DNA of 64,000 bases, taken from the IMG/VR virus record IMGVR_UViG_3300024264_000009, one strand, 5' to 3'. The position numbers and the translations under genes are program-made. The notes under the pieces are model-generated. The model was not told the DNA's origin. It did not search any database and was given only the letters and a program-made list of their open reading frames with translations. This document shows, one piece after another, positions 39,451-50,003 of this stretch. The stretch's first letter is position 1, and each line of letters starts with the position of its first letter. The DNA is from an uncultured virus (IMG/VR IMGVR_UViG_3300024264_000009). Taxonomy: Duplodnaviria > Heunggongvirae > Uroviricota > Caudoviricetes.

Positions 39451-40803
39451 TTAACCTAATGGTTTAAGTTTTGATAATGCCTCTGAATATCTAGCAATTG
39501 AAGGTTCTAGAACAGGTTCTTTCTCTTCTGAGATTTCTCCAGTTCCTTCTTCAACTATAGTGTCTTCAGAGATGGATTCACCTTCAACTGGGAAGTAAGC
39601 TTCTTTGATTTCTTGAACTTTATCACTAAAGTCTTCGATATCTTTAAAGTCTACACCATTTGATAATGATACCATTTTCTCTTTTTGTGATTCAGACAAG
39701 TCTTTACAGGCTTCTCTTATCACGTCACTTCTCTTAAGTTGGTCGTTCTCTTCAACAATTTCCATGTTTTTAGACACTTCGTTGTCAAGTTTCTCTTCCA
39801 TCTCATCGAGACGATTTGCGAGTTCATCGATAACGTCATACTTATCTTCAGGAACGTCAACATAATGTTCTACGAACAATGTTTTCAATCCTTCGATAAA
39901 GTTTTCAGTCATCTCAGACCTCAAACCTCTTTCTATAGCAAGTTCATTTTCTTTCGTCCATTCATCTGCACAATAAGTAAGATACTTGTCAACAGCTTCC
40001 GCAAGGTCACCTTTAACTTTCTCTACTGAGGTTTTTAATTCTTCTGAGTATTGAGACTCAAGTTCTTCTTTGATTTCAGCAACTTTTGAAGTCACTGCAG
40101 CTTTGAAGATTGTTTTAGCTTTTTCTTGATTTTCTTCTGAAAGGTCAAGTGCTTCTGAGATTGCAGATAGGTCGTCTTCTACTTCTATCTCTACTAATGA
40201 AGATTCGAGTTCTGCAGAAGTTTCTTCGTCAACAGATTCTTCTTTGACTTCTTCTTCTTTCCCATCTTCTTCTTCGTCTTCATACTTCTCTGCAAATTTA
40301 GCAACTTCTGCTTCATTCATAGATTTTAGTGTTTCAACGATTTTTCTAGCGACTTCTGCTTTTGTCAAGGTTTCGTCAACTTCGTCTTCTGATATACTAC
40401 CAAAAGTTTTTTGAAGTTCTTCTTTAGTCATTTCCTTCATATTGTTGACGATAGCTTTAATGTTCTCCATTTTAGATGTTGTAGCAACATCTTTCTTAGA
40501 ATCTTCTTCACCTTCTTTGAGTTTATCACCCTTTTCAGGTTTTGATGCACCTTTCTTCTGAGCATCACCTTCGTTAGAAGGTGCTGTTTCAGCTGATTTT
40601 ACTGATGCAACAGCTTTGTCAACAGGATTTTCTTCAGGTTTGACGACATCACCCTTTCCGCTTTCGATTTTCTCAGCGTCGGACGACCCTTGTTTTACTG
40701 GCTTCTTGTCACCATCTTCTGCTTTAGCGTTAGGCTGTTGACCTTCCTCTAATGCATCTACAGTTTCTTTAACTGTATCTAGGTTTGTTTCTAACTCTGC
40801 CAT
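39451..40803 (-). CDS. gp22: Prohead core scaffold protein
   Basis: Acidic coiled coil, KAKTIFKAAV, VDKYL.Y..DEW..ENELAIE.GL; located between gp21 and gp23. Confidence 0.93.
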   Translation of the reverse strand: MAELETNLDTVKETVDALEEGQQPNAKAEDGDKKPVKQGSSDAEKIESGKGDVVKPEENPVDKAVASVKSAETAPSNEGDAQKKGASKPEKGDKLKEGEEDSKKDVATTSKMENIKAIVNNMKEMTKEELQKTFGSISEDEVDETLTKAEVARKIVETLKSMNEAEVAKFAEKYEDEEEDGKEEEVKEESVDEETSAELESSLVEIEVEDDLSAISEALDLSEENQEKAKTIFKAAVTSKVAEIKEELESQYSEELKTSVEKVKGDLAEAVDKYLTYCADEWTKENELAIERGLRSEMTENFIEGLKTLFVEHYVDVPEDKYDVIDELANRLDEMEEKLDNEVSKNMEIVEENDQLKRSDVIREACKDLSESQKEKMVSLSNGVDFKDIEDFSDKVQEIKEAYFPVEGESISEDTIVEEGTGEISEEKEPVLEPSIARYSEALSKLKPLG

Positions 40804-40831
40804 GTTTTTCTCCTGTTTGAGTTTACTTTTT

Positions 40832-40839
40832 TATTTATA
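40832..40839 (-). promoter_or_regulatory. Late promoter TATAAATA (also at 11528, 19029, 29730, 37764, 43511, 46090, 50841, 51121, 59299)
   Basis: Exact T4 gp55 consensus upstream of structural genes; gp55 is encoded in the window. Confidence 0.8.
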
Positions 40840-40841
40840 TG

Positions 40842-41495
40842 TTAAAGACTCTCAACGAACCTTTTCCATGATTTTATAGTGATTTCTTCCAATTTATGTG
40901 ATTTTCCCGTCTTAATTTCGGTATGCATCTCATCAATTTCTTGAGCAGTAAGTCTACCATGTTGATAAATCCACTCCACACCTTCCATGATTCCGTTAAC
41001 GAAAGCTTCAGGTGCAGACGGGTCTGCAACAATGTCACCTGCTGTAGCAAGTTGAAAGTCATCTTTTACATATTGAGCACCACCTTTTTGTTCTAGTGAA
41101 CCAAGTCCACGAGATGATACTCCCAATTTAGCACCATCATCAATCAAATTTCTTACGATTTGACCATTGGGGGTGCTTAAAATCTTTGCACGTCCCACAT
41201 AGTTATTACCATCTTCTTCTAGTTTGGTAATCATATGTGAAACTTTGTCTAAATTAATTGTAGGGCCTTCAGGGTGTCCTAACTCACCGAATGCTCTATC
41301 TTGTTCTACGAATTCTTTGACGTATCTTTTTACTTCTTTCTGCATAACCTCTTTAGGGTATACACGGCCGTTTCTGTTTTTGATTTCGGCTTGCATAAAG
41401 ACACCTTCAATGAAGTATTCTTTTTGTCCTTTGTCGTTCTCCTCAATTATGATTGGAGAAACACTGTAATTATTAAACTCTGATATTAATTTCAT
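40842..41495 (-). CDS. gp21: Prohead protease
   Basis: NRNGRVYP, GELGHP, GVSSRGLGS, DIVADPSAP. Confidence 0.97.
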   Translation of the reverse strand: MKLISEFNNYSVSPIIIEENDKGQKEYFIEGVFMQAEIKNRNGRVYPKEVMQKEVKRYVKEFVEQDRAFGELGHPEGPTINLDKVSHMITKLEEDGNNYVGRAKILSTPNGQIVRNLIDDGAKLGVSSRGLGSLEQKGGAQYVKDDFQLATAGDIVADPSAPEAFVNGIMEGVEWIYQHGRLTAQEIDEMHTEIKTGKSHKLEEITIKSWKRFVESL

Positions 41496-41778
41496 TGAAA
41501 ATTTCCTCTATGTCTATATTTTCTTCTTCCGACATTGTTTTAATAACTTCCTTCATGGATTTCATTTCTTTCTCAGCAGATTTTAAATCTTTGTATGTTG
41601 CACCACCGAAACTTTGTCCGTCTATGTAGACATGAACTTTACCTCGATATTCAGTGTAAGTGATTACTATATCCTTACCACCTATTTTTACAACATCTCT
41701 CTTGAGTTCTTTATGTCCACGAGGCAATTTAAACTTTGCTTCGTTTAACTCAACAGTGATTTCTGCAAAGGATTTCAT
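41473..41778 (-). CDS. Probable prohead core / internal head protein
   Basis: gp67/gp68 position; MKSFAEI N-terminus. Confidence 0.65.
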   Translation of the reverse strand: MKSFAEITVELNEAKFKLPRGHKELKRDVVKIGGKDIVITYTEYRGKVHVYIDGQSFGGATYKDLKSAEKEMKSMKEVIKTMSEEENIDIEEIFNEINIRV

Positions 41779-41781
41779 CAG

Positions 41782-41964
41782 TTATTCTACTTCACCAGCT
41801 GGTTCGTTAACTTTATCCATCCAATCTACTTGCATTTCAACTCTTTTCATATCGATAGATTCTGCAGATTTCTGTTTAATACCAGTAAATATTTGGTCTT
41901 TCGCAGTATCTAACTTACCACTCTCAATTGAGTCTACTATTTCTTTTGCAATTTCACTACTCAT
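41782..41964 (-). CDS. Probable prohead core protein (gp67-like)
   Basis: Small acidic helical protein directly after the portal gene. Confidence 0.65.
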   Translation of the reverse strand: MSSEIAKEIVDSIESGKLDTAKDQIFTGIKQKSAESIDMKRVEMQVDWMDKVNEPAGEVE

Positions 41965-41966
41965 TT

Positions 41967-43505
41967 TTAAAATCCTCCGAAGTCATTACTATCACTTCCT
42001 TCATTGTCCTCACCACTATCTCCTTCTTTTGAGATTTGTGAGTCTATTAATTTAATGTCTTCTTCCGTCTGTCTTAGAATGTATTTTCTAACATATTCCT
42101 TAGAAAAATACTCTCCAACATAGTCGGAAATATTTGAGAGAGTATCTAATCTCTCTCTTATTATCTCTGCATCCTTCAACTCTGTAAAATGGTTGTCGGT
42201 TGCAAAGTCATACTGAAGAAAGTCTTTGATATTATCAAATTCATCTCCAGTTGTGATTTCCTTAAGAACTAATTGTGTCTTAAGAATATCTGTAAAAACT
42301 CTTGCAAACTTCTTCTGAAGTCTGTTTGTGAACTTATTAAATTTAAGTTCGTCTCTAGAAATTTCAGACGCACGACCCATATTGAATCCGTTGTCTGATT
42401 CCATTCTAGAGGCAGGGACGTTTAGTGATTGATATAGTTTCTTCTTAAAGTATTCTATATCTGCAATATCATCTAAATTCTGTCCACCAGGCAGTGTAGT
42501 AATTTCTGTTCCTCTACCACCTTCTCTACGAGGCAACCAAAAATCTTCCAACATACTCATATGTTTTCTATCGTCTTTGATTTCCCCTGTATCTGCATTG
42601 TAAACCAATTTGTTCTTATATCGGTTCATAACGTCTGCAAGATACTGTTCTGCTTTTGCTTTTGGAAGGTTTCCTACGTCAATGTAGAAAATTCTTCTTT
42701 CGGGAGCACGTGATATTCTGTAAATAACAAGTGCATCTTCCAACATTGATAACTGATTTGCAGTCTTCAATGCTTTATGCAGATACCCAATGACTACGTT
42801 TTTAGTGTAGTCAAGTAATCCCGAAGTTGTATAACATACAGCTTCAGGTGCAATTCTTACAACATGTCCTTCTGTTGCAGTGGATTTATCAAATCCTTTG
42901 TCGTTAAAGAGATAGAACTCTTCTATTTTAGAAATTCTATCAATTTTGTCGGCACCCTTTTTCTTCTCAATGTTTCTAACCTTCTTAATTTTAATCGGGT
43001 CAACATTTCTTAAGTCAACTAGACCTAATTTAGGTCTTTTTGAGTCAACGACTTTATGGAAGTAAATTCTTCCATCGACATACCATTTTCTGAACAATTC
43101 ATGAGAGTTCTGATTGAACTTCATTAGAGATAAGATGTGATTAAACTCTTCTTGTATCTTTTTCTTGATACTATCAGAGAGTTTAACGTCTCTGAGGTCG
43201 AGTGATACTATCTTATCTGATGTGTCAGATGTGATACACTCATTAACTATGTCTTCGATTGCAGAGTCACACTCTGGCACCAAAGACGTTTCTCGGTATC
43301 TTCGAATAAGTTCTGCCTCATTCTTGACACCGCCTTCCATATCGACAAACGACCCATAGGCTGCTCCCGATACAAAACCACTCTGTTGTTCAATGACGGG
43401 AGTCCCGTCATCGTCAACTGGTGGGACAAAAGACGTTTGATTCTTGTCTTCTATCGTTCTTAAATCGTTTTTCTTACGATTTATTTCAAACCCTAAAATT
43501 TCCAT
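41967..43505 (-). CDS. gp20: Portal protein
   Basis: WYVDGR, YRISRAPERRIFYIDVGNLP, EDFWLPRREGGRGTEITTLPGG. Confidence 0.98.
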   Translation of the reverse strand: MEILGFEINRKKNDLRTIEDKNQTSFVPPVDDDGTPVIEQQSGFVSGAAYGSFVDMEGGVKNEAELIRRYRETSLVPECDSAIEDIVNECITSDTSDKIVSLDLRDVKLSDSIKKKIQEEFNHILSLMKFNQNSHELFRKWYVDGRIYFHKVVDSKRPKLGLVDLRNVDPIKIKKVRNIEKKKGADKIDRISKIEEFYLFNDKGFDKSTATEGHVVRIAPEAVCYTTSGLLDYTKNVVIGYLHKALKTANQLSMLEDALVIYRISRAPERRIFYIDVGNLPKAKAEQYLADVMNRYKNKLVYNADTGEIKDDRKHMSMLEDFWLPRREGGRGTEITTLPGGQNLDDIADIEYFKKKLYQSLNVPASRMESDNGFNMGRASEISRDELKFNKFTNRLQKKFARVFTDILKTQLVLKEITTGDEFDNIKDFLQYDFATDNHFTELKDAEIIRERLDTLSNISDYVGEYFSKEYVRKYILRQTEEDIKLIDSQISKEGDSGEDNEGSDSNDFGGF

Positions 43506-43553
43506 ACTAATATTTATACCACCAAAATGTGTGGTAATTCTTCACTTTAAAGA

Positions 43554-44051
43554 CTACTGAACTCTTTCCCAGTGAGAGAAAGTAAAGTCAACAGTAAATT
43601 CCTCTAATGCATCAACAGTATCGTAAGATAGTTCGATTGCACCAATATTTTTTGGGAACATGTTGAAAAACTCGTATCTCGCAAGGACTGAGTCATCTTT
43701 GTTTAATTGTTCTACGAATGCTCTAGATATAAGATAATCTGTAGATGTTGAACCTACTCCACTATCCATAGCTTGAATTTCTTCCTGCCATGCTTCTAGA
43801 CCACTTCTTACTGAGAACTCAACATCGTTGATAACTGTAATCTGCCAATCTTCGAAAGTTCTTTCTCCAGCAAGTTTAAGGTTGTGTCCTCTGAAAGGAA
43901 CTACCACTTCTCCCAACGTTCCCGCAGGGATATTAGCAGCTTTACATAAGAACTCAATCTTATTACCAGCTCTTGGTATAAAAACTTTAAATCGGTTAGC
44001 ACGTGGGCCTCCACCGATAAGTTGTGCTTTAAATTGGTCTATAGTTGCCAT
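43554..44051 (-). CDS. gp19: Tail tube protein
   Basis: GGPRANRF, FLCKAANIP, AGERTFEDW.ITVIND, EEFTVDF. Confidence 0.96.
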   Translation of the reverse strand: MATIDQFKAQLIGGGPRANRFKVFIPRAGNKIEFLCKAANIPAGTLGEVVVPFRGHNLKLAGERTFEDWQITVINDVEFSVRSGLEAWQEEIQAMDSGVGSTSTDYLISRAFVEQLNKDDSVLARYEFFNMFPKNIGAIELSYDTVDALEEFTVDFTFSHWERVQ

Positions 44052-44061
44052 TTATTTCTCC

Positions 44062-46050
44062 TTAAACTGCACTGTATATTTCTTCAAACTGAACACCACT
44101 TCTAGCAGCAACAAAGTTTAAAGTAATAAAATTAATACTTCTAGCAGGTTTCACGAAGATAGAACAAACAAATTCATTTCTATCTATAACTGTATCAGTG
44201 TTGTTAGTTTCATCACATAATACTGAGAAATCTACTAGACCTCTTCTATTTTTAACATCTCTTAGGAAAGGTTCTACAGCAGCACGGAATTGAGCTCTTG
44301 TGAATGCATCGTTGAATTCAAAGAGTTGTGATTTCGCTGCAACTGCGATTGCTTTTTCTAAGACTATGAATAACCTTCTGACATTGATTCTATCGAATGC
44401 TGAAGGACTTGTAAGACCTGTTTTGTCTCCAAATAATACTGTTCCTTGTCCAGCAAATGTCACAACTGGATTAATCCTTGCACGATATAAGTCATCTCTT
44501 GATGATTGTGAAGGGTTAAACGCAAGTTTAGTTATACCTAAGTATTGACCTCTTGAGAAACCAGCAGGTGAGAACCATGGGTCTCTTAATAAGTCTGACC
44601 TTGCCATTATACCTGCTGTGTGTCCATTAGAGGGCACGTAGCAGTATTTGTCGTTGTATCTATCGTATTGGTATACCCAACCACTGTCTAATACAACATA
44701 TGAACTTGATGTGACTAATGCGTAGTCTGCAATCACGTTAGTTGATTGTGTAGATTCACTTGATACACCTACGACACTTGCACGTCTAGGTGAAACTATA
44801 ACCATACAATCTTTTCTTCCTTCTGCAGTTGCAATAAGTTGATTAACGATTGTGTTATGGTCTGCAAGAATATCTTGTTCGACACCACTTCCGTTATCAG
44901 TTCTTGTTGAACCAGCAATTAAGAATGATACGTCTATTGTTTCTGCATCACCGAAGTGAGTTTGGTATGCACCATATTTCTCACCAGCAGTAGGAACTCT
45001 TCCGTCAACTCCACCAGCAAGTGATGAAGTGATAACTGCAGAAGGTCTACCGAATGGAGTCGTTGCAGATTGTAAATGAGTTCTTGTTTCGTTTGCAGTT
45101 GTAAGTAGGTCTGTTGAATGACCTGACCAGTAAATGTAGTCTGATTCTCTTGCAATAACGTTTTTGTAGTAATTTGATTGACCTTGACCATCTTTAGAGT
45201 CTGACGCAAGTGATACGAATCCATATGATTCTAAAATTGTGTCTTTAACTCCACTGAATAATCCGTCTTGGTCTGATACAACAACATGAATTTCATCATC
45301 TGAACCACCAGCAGCTGTTGCTGTTCCTGACTTAGCAGGTGCTTTATCAAATGAATTATAAAATTCCCAGTATCTATCTACGTTAGCACCACCTGTGACG
45401 GCAGTTAATAGACCTGTTCCACTTGGTTGACCAAGTGCTTCGATAGTAATTGAAGTTCCATCAGGAATCGTCAATACTCTGTATTCGTTGTTATGTCCAG
45501 CAAATCTCACGATGTCTCTTACGAACATACCTGATGAATCACCAACTGTTATAGTTGTTTGACCCACTGACTCTGTTCCTGTGACTGTTGTCACTGCATC
45601 GTTGAAATATGCATTTGCAGACCCACATACTGAAACCTTTAATGAATTACCTAAAGAACCTGCGTATTTTGCAACATAATTACCTACAGTTCCGTTTTGA
45701 GAACCATCTTGATAAGTATTGACATATTCGTCATTGTTTTTAAGTAATGCAGTTCCACTTGATGAGTTTGCATTGTTTAATTGAGATGTGTTGATTCTAA
45801 CCACTCTAAGTGATGAACCATATTTTAGAAATGATTCCGCTGAATAGAAGTCCTCTGCTCCAGCGTCGGAATTAGCTGGTTGATAAAAATTATCAACTAA
45901 ACCCTTAGAATCTGAAACTGTTATTACTTCACCAACAGGGCCCCATTGGAAATGTCCAGCAAATGCACCTGTAGTCGATGAAACGGCTGGGACAACATTA
46001 GTCAGGTCTATCTCGGAGACCTGAACGCCTGGTGATACTTGAAATGCCAT
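44062..46050 (-). CDS. gp18: Contractile tail sheath protein
   Basis: SPGVQVSEIDLT, FQWGP, WFSPAGFSRG, FDRINVRRLF, IFVKPARSINFITLNF. Confidence 0.98.
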   Translation of the reverse strand: MAFQVSPGVQVSEIDLTNVVPAVSSTTGAFAGHFQWGPVGEVITVSDSKGLVDNFYQPANSDAGAEDFYSAESFLKYGSSLRVVRINTSQLNNANSSSGTALLKNNDEYVNTYQDGSQNGTVGNYVAKYAGSLGNSLKVSVCGSANAYFNDAVTTVTGTESVGQTTITVGDSSGMFVRDIVRFAGHNNEYRVLTIPDGTSITIEALGQPSGTGLLTAVTGGANVDRYWEFYNSFDKAPAKSGTATAAGGSDDEIHVVVSDQDGLFSGVKDTILESYGFVSLASDSKDGQGQSNYYKNVIARESDYIYWSGHSTDLLTTANETRTHLQSATTPFGRPSAVITSSLAGGVDGRVPTAGEKYGAYQTHFGDAETIDVSFLIAGSTRTDNGSGVEQDILADHNTIVNQLIATAEGRKDCMVIVSPRRASVVGVSSESTQSTNVIADYALVTSSSYVVLDSGWVYQYDRYNDKYCYVPSNGHTAGIMARSDLLRDPWFSPAGFSRGQYLGITKLAFNPSQSSRDDLYRARINPVVTFAGQGTVLFGDKTGLTSPSAFDRINVRRLFIVLEKAIAVAAKSQLFEFNDAFTRAQFRAAVEPFLRDVKNRRGLVDFSVLCDETNNTDTVIDRNEFVCSIFVKPARSINFITLNFVAARSGVQFEEIYSAV

Positions 46051-46116
46051 ACTTTTACTCCTGTTAATGTAAAAAGTTGTTTACTGTTTTATTTATAACT
46101 TTTAAAAACCCAACAA

Positions 46117-47718
46117 CTATAATTTAATTGGTATATCCATACTTTTGTGAAACCATCGGTCTCCTTCACTATCTACGAAGGTATCTGACTGAGACTCCCC
46201 GTCAAATATACCAGCTGGTAATAAATCGTCTTCGATTAACCTCTGTTGTTCTGAATACAATAAATCTTTAACTTGTGTATCGGTTAAATGTTCAAAGTAT
46301 GCAGTGGTCACAAACCAACTGAATAATACCAAATTCATGACCATATCGTCATTATATCCTCTATCTGCTTCCCAACTATTACCCTTATGAACAAAAGTCA
46401 TAAGTTCTGTAATAGTATGTCTGTCATTCAGAATAAGTCTATTTTCTTCTAATAATTCTTTAAGTGTAGAACAACCGATTCTCTTAATCTTTCTAGACAT
46501 GGTCACACCTATGTCTTCGGCTTTTAGTTGACCTTGAACAAATACATTCGGATATTCTATCTCGTAATGTAGTTGTGTTGCAACCATTCCACCCTCTGCA
46601 TTATTTTCTATAATAACGACTGGTTCATTATAATGTTTAACATATTTATTTATAATATCGGGGAAGAGAAGGGGACTTATCATGTTATCTCTATATGTGC
46701 ATACTTGTTTAAAGGGACTTGTAGTCACGTCTATAATTGTAAACGAAGAGTAATCTAACCCCCTACCTTTGGATACGTCTACTGTGCAAACGTATCTATG
46801 ACCCTCTAATGGTTTCTCATAAAGGAATAAGTTGTCTCTATTCCAGTCGGGTTCTAACGCTCTCATACCTAATAGTGTATTAGAGTTAATAAGTGTATTA
46901 CCAGTTCCTAAGAATGAGTTCCCATACTCTTGTTCGAATTGTGCTTCTGAGGTGTTTGCAATAGTTTCTTTCTTCCACTCTTCGTCTCTGCCTGGCACGT
47001 CATACCAGTTGATAAGAAAGGATTTATATTCTGATTGACTATGAACTGCAGATTCATATATCTTATGAAACATATTACCTACACCATTTGCAGTGGAAGT
47101 AATAATAACCTTAGAGTCTTTACCCGAGGTCACAACGGGATATGTTGCAGTATAGAATGTCTCTGCATCGTCTACGAATGCAAACTCGTCTAAGTATAGT
47201 AGGTTGATTGAAAGTCCACGAATTGAACTTGAAGAAGTTGCAGCTGCAACGACTTTACTATCATTTGCAAATTCTATTGACCCTTTGTTTAGAATCTTGA
47301 CTCCTGGCTGTAAAAAGAATGGAACAGACTCTAACATGGTGACAATACGTGCAATCATTTCTCTTGCAATTGCACCTTTGTTAGCAAGAACTGCTACAGT
47401 GACTTCGGGTTTAAATAATAGAAACCACAACAAATATGCACAAGAAGTAATTGATTTACCACTCTGTCTACTTGCAAGAACCACATTGAAACGATTGTCA
47501 TTATAATGGTTGATTAGGTTTTCTTGATATCCACGAAGTGTAAAGGGAACCATACCTTCGTCTAGTGATATGATTTGTGTGTAATTTTCTATAAAATGAG
47601 CAGGATTTTCAGAACACTTCAAGTATTCTTCCATTTGTTTTTTGGTATACTGGGTTTCGATTCCAGCTCTTTTGATTAGATTATTACCAAGATAACCTTC
47701 GTTTGTGGGTTTAACCAT
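46117..47718 (-). CDS. gp17: Terminase large subunit
   Basis: SRQSGKS, LYLDEFAF, TSTANG, FEQEY, DVSKGRGLDYS, DDMVM. Confidence 0.98.
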   Translation of the reverse strand: MVKPTNEGYLGNNLIKRAGIETQYTKKQMEEYLKCSENPAHFIENYTQIISLDEGMVPFTLRGYQENLINHYNDNRFNVVLASRQSGKSITSCAYLLWFLLFKPEVTVAVLANKGAIAREMIARIVTMLESVPFFLQPGVKILNKGSIEFANDSKVVAAATSSSSIRGLSINLLYLDEFAFVDDAETFYTATYPVVTSGKDSKVIITSTANGVGNMFHKIYESAVHSQSEYKSFLINWYDVPGRDEEWKKETIANTSEAQFEQEYGNSFLGTGNTLINSNTLLGMRALEPDWNRDNLFLYEKPLEGHRYVCTVDVSKGRGLDYSSFTIIDVTTSPFKQVCTYRDNMISPLLFPDIINKYVKHYNEPVVIIENNAEGGMVATQLHYEIEYPNVFVQGQLKAEDIGVTMSRKIKRIGCSTLKELLEENRLILNDRHTITELMTFVHKGNSWEADRGYNDDMVMNLVLFSWFVTTAYFEHLTDTQVKDLLYSEQQRLIEDDLLPAGIFDGESQSDTFVDSEGDRWFHKSMDIPIKL

Positions 47719-48118
47719 CTTTCTTTTCTTTCTTCAAAAACTTCTGCAGTTCTGAAGTAGAACCAACATATAGGTGATTTTCAACTTTACCTATTCTTTG
47801 TTCGTCCTCTTTTTCTAAATCCTTAATTTTTTTCTGAACGTCTAGTAGTTTCTCTGCAGTATCCGCTACAGTCTTTATCAACTGTCCTGCGACCTCATAT
47901 GCACGTGGGTGTTCCGTTTCTTTAGACAACTCAAGTATTCCGTCTATTGCATCTTGACCACGTTCTACGAGGTTGTAGAGGTTCTCACGAGCATACTTAT
48001 AGTCCGTGTCCATGTTCTCTGCTCTTGTCGGTAATTTAACTACTTGTGTTTCTTTTTTGATATCGGTGTTGATATCTAAGAGAGAGTTTAACTTATCGTC
48101 TATTGGTTCTTTTGTCAT
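47711..48118 (-). CDS. gp16: Terminase small subunit
   Basis: DYKYARENL, HPRAYEVAGQLIK, YVGSTSELQK. Confidence 0.95.
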   Translation of the reverse strand: MTKEPIDDKLNSLLDINTDIKKETQVVKLPTRAENMDTDYKYARENLYNLVERGQDAIDGILELSKETEHPRAYEVAGQLIKTVADTAEKLLDVQKKIKDLEKEDEQRIGKVENHLYVGSTSELQKFLKKEKKDG

Positions 48119-48120
48119 AA

Positions 48121-49158
48121 TTAACTGTCATTGGTTTCACTAAAACTTTCTTTAGCACCATCATCATAAAATGTCACTGTTTCTGCAACTACGAATGTAT
48201 CTGTTGGGTCAACAGAACCTACAAATTTAAGTGTAGTGTTTGTTTCTATAGTCACTGCACCTGAAACTACCATTGATAGTTTATCAGCTGCAATTGAAAC
48301 AACTGTTGGATTGGTTGCATTCCCTGTTCCAAATATTTCGTCATTTGCACTTATCTTTGTATTTATTGCACTCGGAAAGGTGATTGTTGTGGAGTTAGAC
48401 ACTGCATTCGGTATTTCTGCAAAGGCAGGTTCATAGTGTTTAACCTCTTTGATTAAACCTGATTCTGCAATTTCTGAAGTTGTAAAGTTTGCATTTCCAG
48501 TATTGATATATTCTCTTTCAATAACACTTTTAATAACACTTCCAGTGTAGACTGGGCCGAAGAAGTATAGTTTCATAGTAAACTCTAAGGTATACTCAAT
48601 AACTCTTCTTTCTTCAAAGGAACCCTCATAAGTATCTTCCATTGCAACACTATTAAGTGTAATTGGAACATCTCTAGTATCTGTCATAGAGTCAATCATT
48701 TTCATTGTGACTGTATATTCGGGTTGAAAATATGGTAAAATTTGTTCTACGATTTGTAATGCATCATTCATGTTCTTTGCAAGAACACTTAGTGTAAAAG
48801 TTAAGTTGTATGGTGCTGGGTTGTATTGATATGAACGATTCACTCCGTCTGTATCTAAATCAGATTTAGAATGTCTTATCAATTTATTTTGTTGTCTTGT
48901 AGGGTCATACTCAAAACCATTCAGTTCGAATGCAAGTCTTGGTAAAGAAATTGCACTTCTATTATTATCTGAAAGATTTGGTTCTTCCTGTAGTCTTGCA
49001 AGGAATTTTTGTTTTGGGCCGTATGAAATTGGAACCTTTATTATACTTAACACAGTTCCGTCTTCTTTTGTTTTCTTTAATGTGATATTATTAAACAGTG
49101 TTCCGAAGATTGATACTGCTCTTTTAATTGTCTCATTATAAAAATGTGTCCCAAACAT
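48121..49158 (-). CDS. gp15: Tail sheath stabilizer / terminator
   Basis: FGTLFNNI, VPISYGPKQKFLARL, LPRLAFE, QIVEQILPYFQP. Confidence 0.95.
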   Translation of the reverse strand: MFGTHFYNETIKRAVSIFGTLFNNITLKKTKEDGTVLSIIKVPISYGPKQKFLARLQEEPNLSDNNRSAISLPRLAFELNGFEYDPTRQQNKLIRHSKSDLDTDGVNRSYQYNPAPYNLTFTLSVLAKNMNDALQIVEQILPYFQPEYTVTMKMIDSMTDTRDVPITLNSVAMEDTYEGSFEERRVIEYTLEFTMKLYFFGPVYTGSVIKSVIEREYINTGNANFTTSEIAESGLIKEVKHYEPAFAEIPNAVSNSTTITFPSAINTKISANDEIFGTGNATNPTVVSIAADKLSMVVSGAVTIETNTTLKFVGSVDPTDTFVVAETVTFYDDGAKESFSETNDS

Positions 49159-50000
49159 TATGTGACCTCACCAAATGGGTTTGTTTCTGAGAAGTCTAAG
49201 TAGTTATCTGCTTTGTCTTCAAAGTCTTTATTTTGTGCAGAACCATCATTACTCATAGTCAATACGTCATTGATAGCTGCAATTGTATCTGATACACCCG
49301 AATCTACACCAACAAGTGTATCTCCAACTGTAAGTGTTGCAGTGTTATGAATAATTGTTGTTGCATTACCCAGTGAAGTCTGAACCTCACCAACAACAAC
49401 TCCGTTCTTAGTTATGTTCTCACCAATAGAATAGGCATTCTCCCCATTCATTGTTAATCCTATTGAATATGCTTGGTCTAATTCTATTAAGTCTGCATAT
49501 GAACCAGTATCGAAATCTTCTCCACTGTATTCGAACAACTCACATTGTAATTTAAATACAAATAGTTTTCCGACTTGATAGAATGGATTCTCATGTTCTA
49601 CGAATTTGATTTCAAACATTGAACCACTGAGAGGGAAATAAAGTAAATCTCCTTCGTTAGGTCTCATTGAAGTTGCAAGGTTTGAGTCTAATGATATAAA
49701 TCTTTCCCAACTTCTGAGTGATATGATAAATGTTGCTTGGTCTCTTACTTGGACACCAAACTTAGACATGAGGTCTCCTTCTCCTTCAAAACCTTCTGAA
49801 TTTTCTAAATACATTTCTACAGAATATGCATCACCGAATGTTGACTGCACGTCTTCACCAAGTATAGTGTCTTCCTCTACAATTTCTCTTGGTAGATAAT
49901 ATGTTTCGTGACCATATATTCGTAATGACTCAACAACTAAATCCTCATAGAGGTGTTGTTCAGTCGATACTGCATGGTTAAAAAATACGTTTGTAGGCAT
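49158..50000 (-). CDS. gp14: Neck protein
   Basis: EQHLYEDLVVESL.IYG, YYLPR, RPNEGDLLYFP, PFYQVGK, DFSETNPFG. Confidence 0.95.
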   Translation of the reverse strand: MPTNVFFNHAVSTEQHLYEDLVVESLRIYGHETYYLPREIVEEDTILGEDVQSTFGDAYSVEMYLENSEGFEGEGDLMSKFGVQVRDQATFIISLRSWERFISLDSNLATSMRPNEGDLLYFPLSGSMFEIKFVEHENPFYQVGKLFVFKLQCELFEYSGEDFDTGSYADLIELDQAYSIGLTMNGENAYSIGENITKNGVVVGEVQTSLGNATTIIHNTATLTVGDTLVGVDSGVSDTIAAINDVLTMSNDGSAQNKDFEDKADNYLDFSETNPFGEVT

Positions 50001-50003
50001 TTA

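Noticed and set aside
1778..47718. Introns, inteins or homing endonucleases in gp41, gp43, uvsW, gp20, gp17
   Set aside because: The ORFs are continuous and of ordinary length, with no intein, HNH or GIY-YIG motifs recognised.
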